Shown here in pieces: positions 55,460 to 64,000 of a DNA stretch of 64,000 bases. Both the position numbers and the translations under genes were made by a program. This DNA is from the human T2T-CHM13v2.0 reference genome, Homo sapiens. The first letter of the stretch is position 1. Every line of letters starts with the position of its first letter. The stretch lies in NCBI RefSeq assembly GCF_009914755.1, contig NC_060946.1; one strand, written 5' to 3'. Under the pieces are notes generated by a model that was not told where the DNA came from, did no database searches, and saw only the letters and a program-made list of their open reading frames with translations.

Positions 55460-56680
55460 AGTAGTAATGGTGGTGTGGGAGATGATGATACTGTGAATAT
55501 GATGAGGGTAATGAGGATATAGGTGGTGATGGCAATGAGGAGATCTTGGCGGTGTTGATGGTAATGATGGTGATGATGATCGTGGTGATAATGGTGGAGA
55601 GGAGATTATGGTGTTGCTGCTAGTGATGGTGATGATGCTGCTGATGATAAGGAAGAGGTGGAGGACTGAATGATGATGGTGATGGTGATGATGGTTATGG
55701 TGGTTATGATTATGATAGTGATGATGGTGGTGATGATGGTGATGGTGATGATGATGGTGGTGGTGATGGTGATGATGGTGGTGATGATGGTGATGGTGAT
55801 GATGGTGGTGGTGATGGTGATGGTGGTGACGATGGTGATGGTGAGGATGATGGTGGTGGTGATGGTGAAGGTAATGGTGGTGGTGATGGTGATGGTGATA
55901 ATGTGGCGATGGTGATGGTAATGATGGTGGTGATGGTGTTGATTGTGATGGTGATCATGGTAATGGTGATGATGGTGGTGGCGGTGACGGTGATGGTAAT
56001 GATGGTGGTGATAGTGATGATGATGGTGATGGTGGTGGTGGTGATGGTGATGTTAATGATGGTGGTGATAGTGATGACGGTGATGGTGGCGGTGGCGGTG
56101 ATGGCGATGGTGATGGTAATAATGGTGGTGATGGTGACGGTGATGATGGTGATGATGATGAGGGTGATGGTGATGATGTTGGTGATGGTGATGGTGGTGA
56201 TGATAATGATGGTGGTGATGGTGGTGGTGGTGATGGTGATGATGGTGGTGATGGTGTTGATGGTGATCTTGGTAATGGTGATGATGGTGGTGGTGATGGC
56301 AATGGTGATGATGGTGGTGATGGTGTTGATGGTGATCATGGTGGTAATGGTGATGATGGTGGTGATGGTGGTGATGGTGATGGTAATGATGGTGATGATG
56401 GTGATGAGGGTGATGGTGAGGATGATGGTGATGATGTTGTTAATGGTGGTGATGGTGATGATGGTGGTGATGGTGATGATGGTGATGATGGTGATGGCGA
56501 TGGTGATGATGGTGGTGATGGTGTTGATGGTGATCATGGTGGTAATGGTAATGATGGTGGTGATGGTGAGGATGGTGGTGGTGGTGGTGGTGGTGGTGAT
56601 GGCAATGGTGATGGTAATGATGATGTTGGTGGTGGCAGGGATGGTGATGGTAATGGCAACGATGGTTGTGGTGGTGATAG
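55460..56680. repeat. (TGA/TGG)n triplet low-complexity tract, ~1.2 kb
   Basis: Continuous gat/ggt triplets, almost no C on the + strand; gives poly-M/V and poly-I/T pseudo-ORFs. Confidence 0.97.
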
Positions 56681-56699
56681 GGCCTACTTTTTTATGTCT

Positions 56700-56880
56700 T
56701 ACTGCATTTCATCCACCATCTTCTTTAATCCTAACAGCCTAACTAGGATGCAGGCAGGCATTTTACCTGCGAGATATCTGAAGTTTTGAGAGGTCAAGAA
56801 ACTTGCCCAAGGCCCAAAGCTTGTACCTGGGAGGCCTCTAAATTTGAACTTCAACTTGAGCCTGATTGATTCTAAAATTG
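56700..56880 (-). mobile_element. MIR fragment
   Basis: tttaatcctaacagcc...cattttacctgcgagatatctgaag...gaggtcaagaaacttgcccaagg. Confidence 0.6.
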
Positions 56881-58304
56881 GGGCTTTGCCCCTCTCACCC
56901 TGTGACATGTACTGAAAATGATTAACATTCACTTAGAGGGCTGTAGGGTCCCTGTGTCTTGTCACAGCCATGCCAAGTCCCCACCCACAGTTGGGATGCC
57001 TGGTGCTAATCCTGGAGTGTAAGCGTCCATGAGGGCAGGTTCCGGGGAGCCCAGAGTCCCTCATGGGTTCACAGCCACTGCAGTGAACAGGGAAGGGCCT
57101 GCCCCATGGGGTGGACCCCCAGCTCTGTGTGCTGGGTGGCTGGAGGAGGCAGCAGTGGGAGATGACTCAGCCTGGTGAGCCTGATGAGTCAGCACAAGGT
57201 CTGACCTTGGGAGGCTTCGGAGCCGGGCACCTGTCCTGCCACGTGACTGCTAGTGCACCTGCCCCAAGAGCCCCATGAGAGTCAGCAGCAGGGCTCCGCT
57301 CTCCTCCACCTCCTGGAGGTCATTGAGTCCCTGTACCAAACCCTGGGACCCCAAAATCCCACCTCCAGGAATTTGTCCTGGGGCACAAGGAGAGACAGAG
57401 TGAGAGCTCAAGGCATGCTCCCTCTCGAGAATCGCAGTGGCGAACCGTCGGAGACAGCGTGCACTCCAGGTTTCAGACTGAGTGGATCTCAGCCCCCAGG
57501 GATACTCCCTTCCACAAGCAGAGAAAATTCGTGATGTTTTGAGAACTGAAAAAAAGTAGGTTTAAGCAGCAGGCAGGATGATTACAGTGTTGCTGTAGGT
57601 ATTTGTCTGGATATAGATGTATGTATTTCTATGAAGACATCCAGAAAGCTGAAATACTGAAATGAGGATTTGGGGAAATGAGGATTTGGAGTGGCTACTA
57701 GAGTGGTGGGATTATCTGTGGAACTTACTTTCTTGTCTGATTTTCTTCTTTTTATACAAAAGCCATGTTTACTTTCATATGCAAAAGCCTGTTACTCAAA
57801 AGCGGTTTTGCTGCTGCTCTCTTTGCTTTGAAACTGGCGTCTGGGATTCAGCCTGGATTAGCGATCGCTGCTTAGGAGTGCCGCGTGTTTCCCCTGCCTG
57901 GCTCCTTACCTGGAGGCCTGGGTGCAGAGGGGAGACACGCTCTTGGTGGGAGGAAAGGGGCCTAGGGCGCTCTGATGATTTAGTGCTGTCAGACGCTGGG
58001 GTTCTGAGCCAGGCCCTTGCCCGTGATGGCTGGTGCCAGGCCTGCTTCACGTGACAGTTCACGCTGGCTTGCTTCTGTCCAGGTTTCGCTTCCACTCTGT
58101 GCCCAGGGCAAGCAGTAACCCATGTCCTGCATCACTTTCACTGATGCAGTCACCACATGTACTCAGGATTCTTGGGGACAGATCCAGGCCAGGCTCTGGG
58201 GATGTCTGAGGAGGAAGCTGTGTCCCTACACAGTGGGGCCTCACTCAGGCCTGCAGGCAGGGCCCGGTCCCGTTAGCCTCGGAGGCAGTGCATGGATCTG
58301 GGGC

Positions 58305-58845
58305 CAGCCTGGAACAGTTCTATCCTGGGTTCTGATTAGGGCTGGCCCACCCATCCCAGGTACCTCAGCCTGGAGCAGGTCTGTCCCGGGTTCTGATTAG
58401 GCCTGGCCCACCCATCCCAGGTACCTCAGCCTGGAGCAGATCTGTCCTGGGTTCTGATTAGGGCTGGCCCACCCATCCCAGGTACCTCAGCCTGGAGCAG
58501 ATCTGTCCTGGGTTCTGATTAGGGATGGCCCACCCATCCCAGGTACCTCAGCCTGGAGCAGGTCTATCCCGGGTTCTGATTAGGGCTGGCCCACCCATCC
58601 CAGGTACCTCAGTCTGGAGCAGGTCTGTCCCGGGTTCTGATTAGGGCTGGCCCACCCATCCCAGGTACCTCAGCCTGGAGCAGGTCTGTCCTGGGTTCTG
58701 ATTAGGCCTGGCCCACCCATCCCAGGTACCTCAGCCTGGAGCAGATCTGTCCTGGGTTCTGATTAGGGCTGGCCCACCCATCCCAGGTACCTCAGTCTGG
58801 AGCAGGTCTGTCCCAGGTTCTGATTAGGGCTGGCCCACCCATCCC
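58305..58845. repeat. Minisatellite, 61-bp unit x~9
   Basis: gggttctgattagggctggcccacccatcccaggtacctcagcctggagcaggtctgtccc; units start at 58327, 58388 ... 58815 with exact 61-bp period. Confidence 0.97.
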
Positions 58846-60510
58846 TGTTGCCTGGGAGATTCTGAGTCAAGTGCAAAATGGGGGTTGGGGAGGCGGGGTT
58901 GCCAGAAGGGTCTGCAGCAGGCAGACCCAAAGGAGAGTGGTCCAGTTCATTAAAAAAAACAAAAACAAAAAACTCAAAACTAAAACTTTCCATTTTTTGC
59001 TTGGTCTAAGTCCTGCCCTTTTCTGACCACCCTGGGGGTCCTGAGGAGTGAGGGAGCTATGACTTGTGGGGAGGGTGGGGTCGTTTCCCTTTGGAGAAAT
59101 TCTGCTCCTCCTTGGGAGGTAGGAGGCCCCGGGCCCATCCCTCTCCAGGCCTGGGGAACGTGGAGGGAATTCTCACACCACGACAGCTCAGGGCTTGGGG
59201 CTGGACAGGCAGAATGAGGCAGTGAGCCAGCCCCTCCCACGGCCCCAGGCTGCCAGCCCCTCCCACGGCCCCGGGCTGCCAGACCCCTGCTTCTCGGGGG
59301 TCTTGGTCTCTTTTCAAGACCCACCACCGACGCTGATTTTGTTTCTCCTCTAAAGTCAGGTAAATGTCTATGATGTGTTTAGGAAATACAGAAACACCTC
59401 AGGAGACCCTGTCATCCAAGAAGCCTCCTGTTTTCTCGCTATCCAGCACCGTAGCCATCAGCCATATTCACGATACCTCCTTCCAGTCCTTTTTTCTCTG
59501 AACATTTATGCTGGTGAAGTGTGCGCTGAAATACGGTTTTGCCTCTGGTTTTTCTCACTCATGAACACGTGATACTGTTGGTTTTTTTTTTCCTGGGAGC
59601 CTCTCTTACAAAGTTGACTCATCCGTCCTCCACTTGGGGCCACGTGGATTGGTGTCCATGTAGGAAGTCATCTTAGTGACAGCTACGTCTATTTTTTCCC
59701 CAGACATGCTGCGGTTTTCCCAGCATTGTATAGCGTTTCCTGAGTTGGTCACATCCTGCTGACCGTGATGGTGGAAGCATTTTAGAGAATCCTCTTGGCG
59801 CCAATCCTGGTGAGGAAGGGCTGTTTTTACCTGTGCGTGCCAGATGTTGGTTGGGGGTGGTGGAGCCATGATTACTTGAGGAACTGCAGAGTGCCGTGGA
59901 GGGGCTCCCGAAGCCCGCTGGCCTTTGTCTGCTTGAAGCCACAGCTCCAGGCCTTCGTTCCAACAGAGGGCAGGCACCCGACGCTCGGGAGCTCTGTGCC
60001 CCATGGCAAAGCTTTCTCTGCTAACACCCCAGGTTTGCAGCCCTTGTGCTGTAGCGGAATAGGGCCATGCTTTGCTGTCCGCAGTATCTGATGGACCGTC
60101 AACTGGACATTGGACATTCCTGAGGAGTGGCGTGGGCAGGTGCTTATTCTTACACGTCAAGTGGGTTGGGTTCATTTGAGTGGGTTGGGGGAGCGTCAGG
60201 AGGCCCCTAGGCTGCAGTTAGCCAGGGCACAGTCTGTTACTGTGGAGCGATGGCCCTGGCAGAGGAGAGCACTGCTGTCGGATGGATGTGCGTAAACAGG
60301 TGGGCGGTGGTGTGTTCTGAGGAGGAACCTCTACTTGGGTGGGAAATGCACGTCTCCCAGCTCAGCAGGTTCCTGGGTGAGGCCTGAAGAGGGAGATTGT
60401 GTTTTCAGAAATCAAAGACACGTTGGGGCAACATCCAGATGCCAAGGAAGGAGCCAAGTTTCTGAGTTAAGAGACCTTCGTGGACGCTCGGCCAGGCAGC
60501 TGCCTAGTCC

Positions 60511-60631
60511 GAGACCTGTGGCATCACTGTCCGTGCATTGTCTGTGGTGTGAGACCTGTGGCATCACTGGCCATGCGTTGTCTGTGGTGTGAGACCTGTG
60601 GCATCACTGGCCATGTGTTGTCTGTGGTGTG
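60511..60631. repeat. Tandem repeat, 40-bp unit x3
   Basis: gagacctgtggcatcactg...ttgtctgtggtgt at 60511, 60551, 60591. Confidence 0.92.
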
Positions 60632-60798
60632 GACAGGGCGCTGGAGCCAGGAGGAGTGGGGTTGGGCCTTGGACCTCGCCTCTGTCCACGCCTCTGTCCA
60701 CTTCTGCTCACGCACAGCTCCTGAACCCAGGACGGGGCCGCCCCCGTTTCTCCTGCAAAAGAACCACCATGATTCTGAAGCTCACAGACCCGAGGATG

Positions 60799-61233
60799 GT
60801 GTATGAGTTCCCCAAGGCTGCTGTGACCAAGGACCACAGGCCAGGCAGCCTCTACACGACTGGTGTGGAGCCGCCCGTGCTTCTGGAGGCCGGGGGTCTG
60901 GCATCAGGGCCCCGCAGGTCCGCTTCCTTCTGAGGGTCTTGGGGGAGAAGCTGCTCCCGGCTGCTCTCTGGCTGCCCGTGGCTCAGGCAGCCCTTGGCTT
61001 CCACCTGCCTCCCGCCAGCCTCTGCCTCCACCACATACAGCCGTCCTCCCTCTGTGTCCTAACCTCCTCTTGTAGTGAGGTCACCAGTCATATTGGATTG
61101 AGGCCCACCCTAATGGCCCTCGCCTAACTTGATTACATCTGCAAAGACCCTGTTTCCAAAGAAGGTGACAGTTACAGGCCTCAGGGGTTAGAATCTCAGC
61201 ATGGTTTTAGGGGGTCAAAATTGAACCCATAAC
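60799..61233 (-). mobile_element. MLT1-family solo LTR
   Basis: tgtatgagttccccaaggctgctgtgacc...attggattgaggcccacccta...ttacatctgcaaagaccctgtttccaaa...aattgaacccataaca. Confidence 0.8.
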
Positions 61234-61670
61234 AACACACAGTGGAGGGGGCTGTTTGGCTTTGGATGGAGCCCCAAGAGAACCTAAGGTCGGCTCAGCA
61301 GGGTCTGACCAGAGGCGGGGCAGGGAGGCCTTCCCGTGGCCCCCGAGAAGGGCCTGGCTGCACTGCTGCAGGCACGTTCCTGAGGGTACTGGAGGACAGG
61401 CCGGAGGCTGCATCCCAGCGTTTGGCACAGTAATGGGTTCAGTCTTGCCCGTTGCTCGTGATTCTTTCTGTTTATGGAGCTGGGTGTCCAGCCTCACCTG
61501 TGCTAAGTAAGATTCACCTGCTGTGAAGTCACGAGGTCCTCGCCTTGCGCCCTGGCCGGCGTATAAATAAATCACGACGAAAGGTACACTGAGGAAGCGC
61601 CCTCGGGCACCCAGTGAACTGCGGACCTTCATGCTGGCTCCCGGGGTGGTGAGGGACCACAGAAGGCCCA

Positions 61671-61787
61671 TCCCCAGCACGGAGGAGCAGAGGGGCAGGC
61701 TCGCAGGCAGCTCGGGACCACCAGGAGGGCTTTGTCCCCAGCATGGAGGAGCAGAGGGGCAGGCTCGCAGGCAGCTCGGGACCACCT
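61671..61787. repeat. Direct duplication of ~52 bp (period 64)
   Basis: tccccagcaYggaggagcagaggggcaggctcgcaggcagctcgggaccacc twice. Confidence 0.88.
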
Positions 61788-62088
61788 GGAGGGCTTCGGG
61801 CCGTGTTGAGCTGTCAGCGTTGGGCCGTGTGATTTCTGGGGCTGAGGCTGGGGCTTGGTCCCGTGCTGTGTGTGTTGACTCCGCCTTGCAGAGAATCTCC
61901 ATTAGCAAGGGCTTCATGAGGATGGGGAGGGAAGGATGGTGAATGCAGCCGAGCTGTCCCTGCTGCAGCCCCTTCCCTTCGTCTGCTTCCCCCTCCCAGA
62001 CTGTGGTGGGACACGAGAGGCATCGGGGATTTGACTTGTGTCCCTCCCACTCCAGTACATTAATGACTGGCTGGATGACCCTTAGTAA

Positions 62089-62384
62089 TTTTTTTTTTTT
62101 TTGAGGTGGAGTCTCGCTTTATTGTCCAGCTGGAGCACAGTGGTGCAGTCTCGGCTCGCTGCAACCTCCACCTCCTGGGTTCAAGCGATTCTCCTGCCTC
62201 AGCCTCCCTAGTAGCTGGGATTACAGGTGCGAATCACCACGCCCAGCTAATTTTTTGTATATTCAGTAGAGACGGGGTTTCACCATGTTGGCCAGGCTGG
62301 TCTTGCACTCCTGACCTCAAGCGATCCGCCCGCCTTGGCCTCCCAAAGTGCTGGGATTACAGGCGTGAGGCACCGCACTCAGCC
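62089..62384 (-). mobile_element. AluS
   Basis: Poly-T, then gaggtggagtctcgct...ctcctgacctcaagcgatccgcccgcc...cactcagcc. Confidence 0.95.
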
Positions 62385-63746
62385 TATTTTTGATAGCTTT
62401 GAAAACACAGCTAGCGGCAGACCGCGAAATACAGCCTCTCTGCTCCCTTCCTTCACCTGCTCCCCTTTCGCTGAGATGCTGTCCTGCGTTGCCTTTCGTA
62501 CACCCAGATTATTCATTTTGTTATTTATTAGAACTCACTTATTCAGCATTCGTTACCTGCGGCATGTCAGCCCGGATGGGGCAGCAGACACAGCCACCCC
62601 TGGAAATCTCCTTCCTTCTAAACTCGGAACTTGATCTTTGGGATCTGTGGCGGGAGCTATGCCTGGCGAGGGCTTTTGGGGGCTCGGCCATGTGGATTCT
62701 GTGGCCAGGGCTCGTGAGAGTCTGTGTTTACCCTCCGTGTCCTGCCACTTTGTGTCCCCTGAGACCTTCAGAGATGTCGCCCCTTTGGTGTTCTGATTGT
62801 GTCCACGTGGGCTGGCCTTTCTTGCCTCTCCTGGTAGAACTTTCTGGAAACCACCTACCCACCCCTCTTCCTTCCACCTCCTTCCTCCTCCCACCTTTTT
62901 CTGACTCACTCTTCAGTAAAGCATGTGCAACACCTCCCTTCCCTGGGCAGAAGCTGTTCCAGGCCTCCGGATGGGCAGAGGCAGTGCCTGGGGTGTGAGC
63001 CTTAACTCCAGATGTGCGGCCCTGAGGGCTGCTGAGAGTCAGGAGGGAGGGGCCCACCTCTGGCTGCCAGGGGGCTGGGTGTTGGCAGCTCTGCTGGAAT
63101 CCTGGGTCCCTGTTTACTGCTGTATGCCTCTCTGAGCCTCAGTTTCCTCACCTGTAATATAATGAAAGGTTGCCTCTGCACAGGGTGGGTCTCAGATCCA
63201 GGGCAAGGCTGGAAGCAGCACAGGGCGCTGTGCCTGTGGTCAGGGCCAGAATTCCAGGGTGCGTCTATGCAGGTGCAGGAGCCCTGTGCTTCCCACGGAC
63301 GGGGCTTCCTCCCCTGGGTGGCTCATCCCCTGGCCGCCCACTGGGCCTCATGCTTTTCCATTTGTAATCCTTATAGAAACAAAGTCCTTGGCCGCCAGCG
63401 TGGGTGACTCCAGTGCACACCCCCGCAGCACAGGGCGGCTCACTTGCATGTTCAAGTGTAATCAAGGCGAGCCTGTGAGATCACGGCAGGCCACGCGTGT
63501 CTCACAGCCTGTGCGCGTCTTGGGAGACTGCAAAGGGGTTAAATGGCCCGTGTACCTCCCTGCAACACTGACATTTTGAGCGTGTGTCAAGGTGTCCCTA
63601 TAGCACGCCCACCTGTTGCCTTCCCTGGGGCCCTGTCCCTGGGCACAGGTGGCCTCGTCTCTCCTGGACCCTCCAGCCCTCCCATCCAGTGGGCTCTTCC
63701 GACCCCCAGCAGCCCTCGCCTAATGGGAGGTGCCCCCGCCCCACCT

Positions 63747-63835
63747 GTCTGCTGTTCCCCACGTGTCTCCTGTTCCCCGCGTGTCTCCCTTTCCCGGAGT
63801 GTCTCCCTTTCCCCGAGTGTCTGCCCTCCCACGAG
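63747..63835. repeat. Short degenerate tandem repeat (~18-bp unit x4-5)
   Basis: ttcccc(a/g)(c/a)gtgtctcc units. Confidence 0.7.
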
Positions 63836-64000
63836 TGCCTTTCTCTGAGCTCCTCCTCTGCTTCCATCCCTGTCTCTGAGAAACCCTCCTGGGCAACCCT
63901 GCCACCTTCCCATGGGGGTCTCTCCTGATGTGCCCAGGGCCCGCTGATGTGTCTCCATGTGTCCCTCTTCTGTGCACAGCAGGGTCCCTTGAGAGGGGGT

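Noticed and set aside
58305-58845. CRISPR-like array (also considered for 39894-40115 and 47764-48181)
   Set aside because: Head-to-tail units with no unique spacers, no cas genes, and mammalian context.

Overview
Human GC-rich intronic DNA from the TAFA5 (FAM19A5) locus on distal chr22q13. The identification rests on recognising the peptide MQLLKALWALAGAALCCFLVLVIHAQFLKE(G). The only credible coding sequence is the 91-nt coding part of an alternative first exon (26943-27033, + strand) inside a ~2 kb CpG island; it encodes a signal-peptide-like N-terminus. Downstream is intron. Upstream is, from recall of the gene structure, intron 1 of the isoform with the more distal first exon. The rest is seven Alus (all on the minus strand), MaLR/ERVL LTRs, DNA-transposon, L1, L2 and MIR relics, three large low-complexity tracts and several minisatellites. 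The other long ORFs are GC or repeat artefacts. Most notable unexplained structure: (1) a ~265-bp inverted repeat not recognisable as a TE (52762-53026 / 53510-53775), about 96% identical near the spacer and about 81% in the outer part; (2) a 52-bp inverted pair 5.9 kb apart whose differences mostly give G-U pairs in the sense RNA; (3) a uORF stop-start relay in front of the TAFA5 ATG; (4) a 3.9-kb nearly G-free CA-rich array; (5) AT-rich homeodomain/POU motif islands. No prokaryote-type system (CRISPR, operon) is present. Repeat family names come from memory of consensus sequences and need RepeatMasker/Dfam confirmation.
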